Shown here in pieces: positions 16,145 through 24,718 of a DNA stretch of 64,000 bases. The stretch lies in NCBI GenBank assembly GCA_022709695.1, contig JAKLII010000003.1:80124-144123 (forward strand), written 5' to 3'. The notes under the pieces are model-generated. The model was not told the origin of the DNA. It saw only the letters and a program-made list of their open reading frames with translations, and ran no database searches. Numbering within the stretch: position 1 is the first letter of the stretch; every line of letters starts with the position of its first letter. Position numbers and translations under genes: made by a program. Source of the DNA: Bacteroidota bacterium. Lineage in GTDB: Bacteria; Bacteroidota; Bacteroidia; Bacteroidales; SKPS01.

Positions 16145-18508
16145 ATGAAGGTAATCACTTACTTGCAGAATACACTCCTTACACTCTGCCTGATGGTTAT
16201 GACATTTACCGGATTTTCCCAGGCCATTCCGGTAGGGTCATGGCGGGTACACCTCCCCTATACCAGAGGAATTTCCGTGGCTGCTTCCAGGGACCTTGTT
16301 TACTGCATCACAGAAAGCAGTATGTTTTCCTACCACAAACGCGACTTTTCCGTTACCCCCATGTCGAAAAACACCGGATTATCCGATGCAGGATTTTCAA
16401 GAATAGCCTGGCATAAGCCCACCCAAACCCTTATCATTGCCTACAGTAATGCCAATATCGATCTGCTGCAGGATGGCAGTATCCACAATATGCCGGATAT
16501 CAAACGACTTTTGTTACCCATCGATAAAACCATCAACAGGATTACCTTCAGAGGAGACGAAGCATGGCTTTCCTGCGGTTTCGGAATTGTGGTGCTGGAT
16601 ATGAAAAAACGGGAATTCAAGCAAACCTACCAGATTGGCCCCGGTGGTACCTACCTGAAAGTGAATGATGTGAAGTTTTATAATGACACCGTGTATGCAG
16701 CCACCGATTCGGGAATTTTCAGGGCTGCTTTTTCGGATTATCTTCCCGATTTCGGAAACTGGCACCTTTGGACCGATTTGCCGGAGAACCCGGCCCCCTG
16801 CAATACCCTGGCTTTTCTGAAGGATATACCCTTTGTGAACATACTCGGATCAGGCGGATTGCCGGATAAGCTATATTACCGGGAAAACAATGTATGGCAG
16901 CGGTATGATTCTGTCTATCTGAAAAAATGCCATCAGCTGGATGTAATCGACAACAAGGTTATCATTACGCTTTTGGATAATGTGGTGGTGCTTGACACAA
17001 ATCTTACGATTTACCGTGACATCTATGATTATTTGGCCGGGCAGTCAAAACCTGCCTATATAGCCCCATCAGAAACCACCATGGACGACGAAGGTTACCT
17101 GTGGATTGCAGATCAAAGCATCGGGCTTGCCTTTATCTACGATCAGTGGGCTTATGAACTGATAACCCCCAATGGCCCCAGAACGACCAAAGTATTCAAT
17201 ATGGACGCCTCCGACGGACAGGTGTGGGTTGTACCCGGGGCTTACAACAGCACCTGGACAATGGATTTTAACCGCGATGGTATCTACCAGTTCAACGGAA
17301 TGGAGTGGAAAACAACCCACTACAATACAGAACCGTTCCTTGATACCGTGTTTGATCTGGTGTGTATCGCCATCGATCCATCTGACCCATCGGTAGTATA
17401 TGCCGGATCCTGGGGACAAGGCCTCCTTGTTATTAAAAACGGAAAACCGGTAAAATTATATGATCAAAACAACAGCACTCTCCAGGTACCAGAGAATACC
17501 GCATCACCCTATTTCAGGGTTCCTGTAGGAGGTCTTGCTTTTGATGAGAAGGGAAATCTGTGGATTTCCAATGCCTATACCGAGAAATCCCTTTCGGTTA
17601 TGAAGCCCGACGGTACCTGGTATTCCTATAATATCAGCAGTCCGGGGAATAAAATGGATGATAAGGCTTCGGGTAAGGTGGTCATCGACCGGATTGGACA
17701 AAAATGGGTTCTCGTAGGCCGTGGATATGGTTTACAGGTTTTTAATGACAACAAGACCCTCTGGAATACCACAGATGATCAAACTACCAACATCAACGGA
17801 AATATCGGACAGGGAGGCCTTCCCAGTACCCTGGTAACCGATATGGAGATAGATCTGGATGGGCGTCTCTGGATAGGTTCCGACAAAGGAATTGCCATCA
17901 TCTATGCTCCTGAGAATGTGTTCAGCGGATACTCCTATGACGCACAGAGGATATTGGTGAATCAGGATGGATACGACCAATACCTACTTGAAAATGAAAC
18001 AGTTACTACTATTGCCGTAGACGGAGCCAACCGAAAATGGATCGGCACCGAAAAATCGGGTGTGTTTTTACTGTCACCCGACGGCACCACAGAAATTGCC
18101 AGGTTTCATGAAGGAAATTCTCCCCTGCTGAGCAATGGAATCAGGAATATTGCCATTGATGACGTTTCGGGCGAAGTGTTCTTTGGTACAGACAAAGGAA
18201 TTGTCTCTTACCGTTCAGATGCCAATAAAGCCGGAGAAACCCACAGCAACGTAACCGTATTTCCGAATCCTGTTAAACCGGGATATGCCGGTGTGATATC
18301 AATCACAGGACTGGTGCGGGATGCGGATGTTAAAATCAGAAACATGGGGGGTGATGTGGTGTTCAGTACCCGGTCGAACGGAGGAATGGCGGTATGGAGT
18401 GGTAAGGATCTCTCCGGACAAACAGTTGCCACTGGCGTTTATATGGTATTTTCTTCTGATGAAACCGGAACAGAAACAGCTGTCGCCAAAATTCTGTTCA
18501 TCCGATAA
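16145..18508 (+). CDS. Beta-propeller protein (two-component-regulator propeller type) with a T9SS CTD; PorZ-like
   Basis: 787 aa. Signal peptide, then repeated propeller blades (LWIADQSIGL, LWISNAYTE, RLWIGSDKGI, KWIGTEKSGV, VFFGTDKGI). C-terminus VTVFPNPVKPGYAGVISITGL...GVYMVFSSDETGTETAVAKILFIR. Size and architecture match my recollection of PorZ; this is unverified. Confidence 0.75.
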   Translation: MKVITYLQNTLLTLCLMVMTFTGFSQAIPVGSWRVHLPYTRGISVAASRDLVYCITESSMFSYHKRDFSVTPMSKNTGLSDAGFSRIAWHKPTQTLIIAYSNANIDLLQDGSIHNMPDIKRLLLPIDKTINRITFRGDEAWLSCGFGIVVLDMKKREFKQTYQIGPGGTYLKVNDVKFYNDTVYAATDSGIFRAAFSDYLPDFGNWHLWTDLPENPAPCNTLAFLKDIPFVNILGSGGLPDKLYYRENNVWQRYDSVYLKKCHQLDVIDNKVIITLLDNVVVLDTNLTIYRDIYDYLAGQSKPAYIAPSETTMDDEGYLWIADQSIGLAFIYDQWAYELITPNGPRTTKVFNMDASDGQVWVVPGAYNSTWTMDFNRDGIYQFNGMEWKTTHYNTEPFLDTVFDLVCIAIDPSDPSVVYAGSWGQGLLVIKNGKPVKLYDQNNSTLQVPENTASPYFRVPVGGLAFDEKGNLWISNAYTEKSLSVMKPDGTWYSYNISSPGNKMDDKASGKVVIDRIGQKWVLVGRGYGLQVFNDNKTLWNTTDDQTTNINGNIGQGGLPSTLVTDMEIDLDGRLWIGSDKGIAIIYAPENVFSGYSYDAQRILVNQDGYDQYLLENETVTTIAVDGANRKWIGTEKSGVFLLSPDGTTEIARFHEGNSPLLSNGIRNIAIDDVSGEVFFGTDKGIVSYRSDANKAGETHSNVTVFPNPVKPGYAGVISITGLVRDADVKIRNMGGDVVFSTRSNGGMAVWSGKDLSGQTVATGVYMVFSSDETGTETAVAKILFIR

Positions 18509-18523
18509 GTGCCCCCACCCACC

Positions 18524-19246
18524 ATGGACTCCCTGCTGAAAACCCCCGGAATCGTTATCAAGAGTGTAAAATATGGCGATCATGCCATGATTGTTACACT
18601 CTACACCCGTGAAAAAGGGATTCAGTCGTTTTGGTTCAGAAGAAAAATAGGAGACCAAAAAATCAAAGCCCTGGTTGCCCCCCTGGCACAGTTACAGGTA
18701 ATAGCCCGGATCCGGCACCATGAAACCATCTACTCCCCCATTGAGGTTACCCAGACAATACCGTATGTTTCTCTTTTTCAGGATCCGGTTAAAAGCAGCA
18801 TGGTGCTTTTTCTTTCCGAATGGCTTAAAAAGGTTTTAAAGGAGGAGGAACATAACCACCCTCTTTTTGATTTTTTGACAACGTCACTGAATGAAATGGA
18901 CCGGCCGGGCCAGCTCCATCCATCCTTTCATCTCTCTTTTCTGTTGCATCTCACCCGTTATCTCGGATTTTTGCCAGATACGGATACTTACCATACAGGG
19001 TACAGCTTCTGTGCCGAAGAGGGTATTTTTAAACCTGAACACCTGTTGCAGTATGTCTCTTCCTCTGTGGAAACAGGCCAGAGGTTATACGAATTATCAG
19101 GTATTTCATTTGATCAATATCAACAATTCAGGGCAGACAAAGATACCCGTAACCTCTTGCTGGATCTGCTGATTCATTACTATCGTATTCATATTCCGGG
19201 GTTTGGAGAATTAAAGACGCTGCCGGTCATCAGGACATTATTCTGA
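18524..19246 (+). CDS. recO: DNA repair protein RecO
   Basis: The N-terminal OB-fold pattern (GIVIKSVKYGDHAMIVTLYTREKGIQSF) and the length fit RecO. I prefer ATG 18524 over the GTG at 18509 that abuts the upstream stop. Confidence 0.88.
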   Translation: MDSLLKTPGIVIKSVKYGDHAMIVTLYTREKGIQSFWFRRKIGDQKIKALVAPLAQLQVIARIRHHETIYSPIEVTQTIPYVSLFQDPVKSSMVLFLSEWLKKVLKEEEHNHPLFDFLTTSLNEMDRPGQLHPSFHLSFLLHLTRYLGFLPDTDTYHTGYSFCAEEGIFKPEHLLQYVSSSVETGQRLYELSGISFDQYQQFRADKDTRNLLLDLLIHYYRIHIPGFGELKTLPVIRTLF

Positions 19247-19326
19247 CAGTACACAAAAACCACCTTGTGTAACCGTATTTCGAATCCCTTATTTTTATGT
19301 AGTTTAGCGCCCAAATCACATACGAA

Positions 19327-20829
19327 ATGAACGACAATAAGCTTTTATCACCCAATCCTCTGGTTCAGTTTCTTGACAAGCTACCTTCCGAATTTACCCG
19401 TAATGATCTGATACATTTCATTGAAGAACAGGGTATAGAAATGGTGAATTTGAGATATACAGGAGGTGACGGCAGATTGAAAACCCTCAATTTTGTCATC
19501 AACAACCGCAGACACCTCGAAGGGATACTGAGTAACGGTGAACGTGTGGATGGCTCCAGCCTGTTCAAACACATCAATACCGGGGCAAGCGACCTGTATG
19601 TAGTACCCAAATACAAAACGGCTTTTGTAAATCCGTTTGCCGAGATCCCTACGCTGGATATTTTATGCGCCTATTATGACAAGGATGGTAATCCGATGAA
19701 GAATTCACCCGAATATATCCTGAGGAAAGCGGCAGAGGTGATGAAAGAAAAGACCGGATATGAGTTTCATTGCATGGGCGAGCTGGAGTATTATGTCATC
19801 AGCGACCGTGAGCATGTGTTTGAAGCGACCGATCAGCGCGGGTATCATGAATCCTTTCCGTTTAACCGGATGGAGGAATTCCGTACCGCTGCCCTCCATA
19901 CCATTGCTGCCTGTGGCGGAAACATCAAATATGGCCATTCCGAAGTGGGGAATTTCACATTAGGTGATAAGGTATATGAGCAGAATGAAATCGAGTTTCT
20001 GCCTGTTCCGGTGGAGGATGCTGCCGATCAGCTGGTAATCGCAAAATGGATTTTGCGCACCATGGCCTACAACTATGGCGTTGACCTCACATTTGCTCCG
20101 AAAATCAGTGTTGGAAAAGCGGGCAGCGGCTTGCATATCCATACCAAACTTGTGAAAGACGGAAAGAACGCCATGATAGAGAATGGCATGCTGAGCGATG
20201 TTGCCAAACGGGCCATCGCAGGATATCTCGATCTGGCACCCAGCCTTACCGCCTTTGGCAATACCAACCCTACTTCCTACTTCAGACTGGTCCCCCATCA
20301 GGAAGCCCCCACCAATATCTGCTGGGGCGACCGCAACCGTTCGGTACTGGTAAGGGTTCCACTGGGCTGGACGGGTAATATCAATATGGCGGCAGATGCC
20401 AATCCACAGGATAAGGACATAACGCTCGATTTTTCCGAACGGCAGACGGTGGAATTTCGCTGTCCGGATGGCAGTGCCGATATATATTTGTTGCTTGCGG
20501 GCCTCACGGTGGCAGCCCGACATGGCCTTGAAATGAAGAGTGGTCTGGAATATGCCGCAAAGACCTATGTGGACGTCAATATCTTCCACGAAGCACATAA
20601 AGATAGGGTGAAAAACCTGAAACAGCTTCCTGTTTGCTGTGCCGACAGTGCCGACTGTCTGGTCGAACAGACAGAGATCTACACCAGGTACGGAGTGTTT
20701 GCTCCATTGATCCTTGAAGGTGTTCAGCAGATGCTGAGGAATTACAACGACAAACAACTCAGGGAAGAAATCAGCTCCAATAAGGAAAAACTGCTCAGCC
20801 TGGTGCAGCAATATTACCACTGCGGCTGA
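19327..20829 (+). CDS. glnA: Glutamine synthetase (about 500-aa form)
   Basis: 500 aa. Beta-grasp N-domain followed by the catalytic domain (GELEYYVI, HSEVGN, GSGLHIH, NPTSYFRL). Confidence 0.9.
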   Translation: MNDNKLLSPNPLVQFLDKLPSEFTRNDLIHFIEEQGIEMVNLRYTGGDGRLKTLNFVINNRRHLEGILSNGERVDGSSLFKHINTGASDLYVVPKYKTAFVNPFAEIPTLDILCAYYDKDGNPMKNSPEYILRKAAEVMKEKTGYEFHCMGELEYYVISDREHVFEATDQRGYHESFPFNRMEEFRTAALHTIAACGGNIKYGHSEVGNFTLGDKVYEQNEIEFLPVPVEDAADQLVIAKWILRTMAYNYGVDLTFAPKISVGKAGSGLHIHTKLVKDGKNAMIENGMLSDVAKRAIAGYLDLAPSLTAFGNTNPTSYFRLVPHQEAPTNICWGDRNRSVLVRVPLGWTGNINMAADANPQDKDITLDFSERQTVEFRCPDGSADIYLLLAGLTVAARHGLEMKSGLEYAAKTYVDVNIFHEAHKDRVKNLKQLPVCCADSADCLVEQTEIYTRYGVFAPLILEGVQQMLRNYNDKQLREEISSNKEKLLSLVQQYYHCG

Positions 20830-20837
20830 GAATGTAA

Positions 20838-21893
20838 TCACACCCCCTTGATCCTGCGATGCAGGGTACGCCTGATCCAGAAAGGGAGAATCAGTGAACC
20901 GGCAATGAGGTAGGGATAGTAGCTCAGCAACCTCCAGAAAAGAGCCACCAGATCAGCAGATCCCTGCTGAATAAAATCTCCGAGAAACAGGGGAAAGAAA
21001 AACTCTGCGGTACCACTGCCTCCGGGTGTAGGGCTGATGAGCAGGATTACCCACATCACCAGTTGCCGGCCGTACAGGAGGAAATGGTCCTTCACCGGGT
21101 TTACCCCTGAAATCAAAGCGTTGACCACCATAAACCTGGCGGTCCATGAAAAAAAAGTAATCAGCCAGGCTTTCAACCAGAAATCCCACTTCCGGGATCT
21201 CATATCCCGGGAAGTGACAATAATTTCGTCACCCATTTTTCCGGCCGGACCTTGCCACCTGCGAAGGAACCGGATCCTGAAAATGGAGGTAAGAACCTTT
21301 TTAAATCCTTGCGGAGAGATGAAAATTCCGGCAAGAATAGTCAGGGTAAGAAGACACAGAAAACCATATCCGATCAGGAATATTCCCCTGGTGCCAATTT
21401 GCCAGGGAAGGTTCCCGGAGTCGAGATGGAAACTGTCGCTGCCTGCGATGAGTAACACAATGGGAACTGTAATGATGTAAAAGAGCTCATCGAGCATGGC
21501 AGTTACCATTACCACCGCAGTGCTTCTGCCTGCTGAAAACCCTTCCCTGTACAGGATGATAAATGCCAGAGCAGTACCCCCGACAATAGAAGGAGTTACT
21601 GAAGATGCAAATTCCCAGATCATTACCACTTCGAAACTCTCGCGCCAAGTAAGCTGGCCATCGGTCAGAAATCTGATACGCACCATGTAGGCAAAATCCC
21701 GGATTCCCTGCAGGAGAATTGCGATGGCAATCCAGAAAATCACATGCTCCGAGAAGGAGGCCAGATCCAACCCTTGCCTTATGTCCCGCACGATCAACCA
21801 GACCGAGACCCCCAAACCAATAACAACCGGTATCATTATCCTTCTGAAAGTAAACCACTTAAGGATTTTCTGCTGATCACTGCCGGTTTCCAT
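20838..21893 (-). CDS. Flippase-like (lysylphosphatidylglycerol synthase TM region / UPF0104) membrane protein
   Basis: 351 aa, polytopic, with a C-terminal PGGSGTAEFFF motif typical of the family. Confidence 0.75.
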   Translation of the reverse strand: METGSDQQKILKWFTFRRIMIPVVIGLGVSVWLIVRDIRQGLDLASFSEHVIFWIAIAILLQGIRDFAYMVRIRFLTDGQLTWRESFEVVMIWEFASSVTPSIVGGTALAFIILYREGFSAGRSTAVVMVTAMLDELFYIITVPIVLLIAGSDSFHLDSGNLPWQIGTRGIFLIGYGFLCLLTLTILAGIFISPQGFKKVLTSIFRIRFLRRWQGPAGKMGDEIIVTSRDMRSRKWDFWLKAWLITFFSWTARFMVVNALISGVNPVKDHFLLYGRQLVMWVILLISPTPGGSGTAEFFFPLFLGDFIQQGSADLVALFWRLLSYYPYLIAGSLILPFWIRRTLHRRIKGV

Positions 21894-21987
21894 GATGAGT
21901 GTGGTGTGTATCGGTAAACCTTACGCAATTTTAGGTTTTTTCCTGTTATGGATCAAGAACTGTTGAAAATGTTTATTTTTACCCAAC

Positions 21988-22608
21988 ATGTACTCCGGGA
22001 AACACCGATTTTATATTCTGATTTTCTGGATCCTGATCATCTTCCAGGGATGCGGTATACTTCCGCTATCACCAGTACAGCGCGATGAGGATGAAATGAA
22101 AGTTACCTGGGAAGATGAAGACGACAGGCCCCTGGTCGTTCGTCACAAAAGGAAGGATAAAACTTCATCAGGGAAAGAAACAGCCGTAAAAACCTCAGTG
22201 GATGTTTTAAGGCTTGATACGGTAAGCCCGATATTCAAACCTTTATTTACTGAAGTAAACAGCTGGATGGGAACGCCTTACGGCTATGGTTTAAAAGAAA
22301 AAAGCAAAGGAACTGATTGCAGCGGATTCACCCAGGAGATTTACCGTACGGTGTACAGGACCGCATTGGGAAGAAGTGCAGAAGCGCAGGCTGCTGAATC
22401 CATGGAAATTAGAAAAGAGGATTTACAACCCGGTGACCTGGTCTTCTTTAAAATTCAGGGGAACAGAATCAGTCATGTAGGACTATATCTGGGAAACCAG
22501 AAATTCGTACATGCCACGGTAGGAGCCGGTGTGATGGTGAATGATCTGAATGAAAAATACTATGCCGAGAGGTATGCCAGAAGCGGAAGGGTGATAAAAG
22601 CACCATAA
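21988..22608 (+). CDS. NlpC/P60 (C40) peptidoglycan peptidase lipoprotein
   Basis: Lipobox FQGC. Catalytic Cys motif GTDCSGF and ISHVGLYLGNQKFVHA. Confidence 0.85.
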   Translation: MYSGKHRFYILIFWILIIFQGCGILPLSPVQRDEDEMKVTWEDEDDRPLVVRHKRKDKTSSGKETAVKTSVDVLRLDTVSPIFKPLFTEVNSWMGTPYGYGLKEKSKGTDCSGFTQEIYRTVYRTALGRSAEAQAAESMEIRKEDLQPGDLVFFKIQGNRISHVGLYLGNQKFVHATVGAGVMVNDLNEKYYAERYARSGRVIKAP

Positions 22609-22633
22609 CAGATTTCTTATCTGATGGGTTGTG

Positions 22634-22641
22634 TATTTTTG
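22634..22641 (+). promoter_or_regulatory. Bacteroidota -7 promoter box (TATTTTTG) for yicC
   Basis: Exact TAnnTTTG match 19 nt upstream of ATG 22661. It lies inside the longer GTG-initiated ORF-track model, which argues for the shorter start. Confidence 0.4.
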
Positions 22642-22660
22642 CACAGTAAACTTAGAAAGT

Positions 22661-23533
22661 ATGATCAGATCCATGACCGGCTTTGGAAAAGCCACAGGAA
22701 CCTTTGGCAACAAGCAGATTATTGTTGAAATCAAATCGGTGAATTCAAGGCAACTGGATCTGAGCATGAAGAGCCCGGCAGGATATTACGACCTGGAAGC
22801 TGAAATCAGAACCCTGCTCACCCAGCATCTCGAACGGGGAAAGGTATATTGTAATATCACCACAGAGCAGCAGGATGCAGAACCAGAGGTGCAGATAAAC
22901 CGCCCTTTAATGGCTTCGGGGTACCGTACATTAAAGGAGATAGAAGAGACATTGGGCATTGAACCATCGAAAGATTACCTGTCGTTGTTGCTGCGACTGC
23001 CCGATGTGTTAAAGGGGGTACGTTCCGAAGTCGATCAGGAGGAGTTTGAAGCCGTTCGGGGGATCCTCCTTGAAGCGATTGATGAAACCAACCGTTACCG
23101 GGATGCAGAAGGGAAGGAACTGGGCAGGGATTTACTTGAAAGGGTCGGAATAATAGGCCGGTTGCTTCAAAAGGTGGTACCCCTCGAAGAAGGTCGTATT
23201 ACCCGGCTGCGTGAAAAACTGCTCAAAGAATTAAAAAACCTTCAGAACCAGTCGGTTGATAACAACAGATTTGAACAGGAAATTATCTATTACCTTGAAA
23301 AACTGGATATTACCGAAGAGAAGGTACGGCTGCAGCACCATCTCGATTTTTTCAGGGAAGTCATGGAAAGCCGTGAAGCCAACGGCCGCAAACTGGGATT
23401 CATTGCCCAGGAAATCGGACGGGAAGTCAATACCCTGGGATCAAAAGCCAATGATGCTGCCATTCAGCGTATTGTGGTGGATATGAAGGATGAACTTGAA
23501 AAAATAAAGGAACAACTGCTCAATCTGCTTTGA
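22661..23533 (+). CDS. yicC: YicC/YloC family endoribonuclease
   Basis: MIRSMTGFGKA is the canonical family N-terminus. The C-terminal segment EIGREVNTLGSKAND matches the family. Confidence 0.9.
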   Translation: MIRSMTGFGKATGTFGNKQIIVEIKSVNSRQLDLSMKSPAGYYDLEAEIRTLLTQHLERGKVYCNITTEQQDAEPEVQINRPLMASGYRTLKEIEETLGIEPSKDYLSLLLRLPDVLKGVRSEVDQEEFEAVRGILLEAIDETNRYRDAEGKELGRDLLERVGIIGRLLQKVVPLEEGRITRLREKLLKELKNLQNQSVDNNRFEQEIIYYLEKLDITEEKVRLQHHLDFFREVMESREANGRKLGFIAQEIGREVNTLGSKANDAAIQRIVVDMKDELEKIKEQLLNLL

Positions 23534-24117
23534 TGAATCCTGTAAAACCCATACGAGGCAAACTGATCATCCTTTCGGCTCCATCCGGTGCCGGGAAAAC
23601 CACCATTGTGAAATCACTGATGCAGAAAAACCTGAATCTTCGGTTTTCGGTTTCAGCTACTACACGCAAACCCAGGGAGGGAGAGATACACGGAAGGGAC
23701 TACTATTTTCTTTCAGAGAATGAATTCGGTAAATTACTAGCTGGAAATGCTTTTGTTGAGCATGAAGAGGTGTATGAAGGGCTTTTATACGGTACCTTAA
23801 AGTCAGAAGTTGATCGGATTTTGGCCACAGGGAGCCATGCCTTGTTTGATATCGATGTGATGGGTGGAATTTCCATCAAGGAGCAGTATGGCGAAGAGGC
23901 ACTGGCAGTTTTTATTATGCCTCCCGGGCTTGGGGCTTTAAAAGACCGGTTGGTGCACAGGGGCACAGAAACCGAAGAATCCCTTGCGCACCGGATAGAA
24001 AAGGCCCGCTGGGAGCTCTCTTTTTCCGGTCGGTTTGATGTGGTGGTGGTAAACGATCATCTTGATGATGCCATAGAATTGGTTGCGGAACACATCAGAA
24101 AATTCACTGGTCAATGA
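23530..24117 (+). CDS. gmk: Guanylate kinase
   Basis: P-loop SAPSGAGKTT, then SATTRKPREGE..G.DYYF. ATGA overlap with yicC. Confidence 0.95.
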   Translation: MMNPVKPIRGKLIILSAPSGAGKTTIVKSLMQKNLNLRFSVSATTRKPREGEIHGRDYYFLSENEFGKLLAGNAFVEHEEVYEGLLYGTLKSEVDRILATGSHALFDIDVMGGISIKEQYGEEALAVFIMPPGLGALKDRLVHRGTETEESLAHRIEKARWELSFSGRFDVVVVNDHLDDAIELVAEHIRKFTGQ

Positions 24118-24698
24118 GTACCCGGAGCAGGCGGATCGGTTTGTTTTTCGGTTCATTCAACCCGGTGCATATCGGACATATGGCCATTGCCAACTATTTT
24201 CTGCAGTATTCAGATATTGAAGAGGTGTGGTTTGTCCTTTCTCCCCAGAATCCCCATAAGAAGAAAACCGGGATGCTAGATCCCTGGCTGCGGCTGGAGA
24301 TGCTCCATAAAGCGGTTGGCAGCTATCCGGGATTCAGGGTTTCCGATGTTGAATTGTATTTGCCCCAACCCTCCTATACCAGCATCACCCTGGCCCATCT
24401 GACCGAGCGGAACCCGGATGCGGTATTTGCACTGATCATGGGGAGTGATACCGTGTTAACACTTCCCAAATGGTTTAACTATCAATATATTATAAAGAAT
24501 TATCCCCTGTATGTATACCCCAGGCCCGGTTCAGAACATGCAGAACTACCGGAAGCTTCGATTGTAAAAGTAATGGCGCCTCAGATGGAAATCTCGGCAA
24601 GTTTTATACGCGATGGGATAAAAGAAGGAAAAGACCTCCGGTTTTTTTTGCCGGAGGCCGTGTACCAGTACCTTCTTAAAGAGCAATTGTACCGCTGA
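24114..24698 (+). CDS. nadD: Nicotinate-nucleotide adenylyltransferase
   Basis: GLFFGSFNPVHIGH (the HxGH motif) and ISASFIR near the C-terminus. 4-nt overlap with gmk. Confidence 0.9.
   Translation: MSTRSRRIGLFFGSFNPVHIGHMAIANYFLQYSDIEEVWFVLSPQNPHKKKTGMLDPWLRLEMLHKAVGSYPGFRVSDVELYLPQPSYTSITLAHLTERNPDAVFALIMGSDTVLTLPKWFNYQYIIKNYPLYVYPRPGSEHAELPEASIVKVMAPQMEISASFIRDGIKEGKDLRFFLPEAVYQYLLKEQLYR
24614..24657 (-). terminator. Candidate intrinsic terminator of the rimP-nusA-infB operon, embedded in the 3' end of the convergent nadD CDS
   Basis: The minus strand reads CCTCCGG-CAAAAAAAA-CCGGAGG (7-bp GC-rich stem, 24635-24657) followed by TCTTTTCCTTCTTTTAT. It lies about 60-100 nt downstream of the infB stop. 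Confidence 0.4.
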
Positions 24699-24718
24699 AG
24701 AATCAGCACGCCCTGAGA

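Noticed and set aside
19960-20841. 293-aa minus-strand ORF antisense to glnA
   Set aside because: It is fully contained in a confidently recognised glutamine synthetase gene. The translation has no motifs and has the typical shadow-ORF composition.
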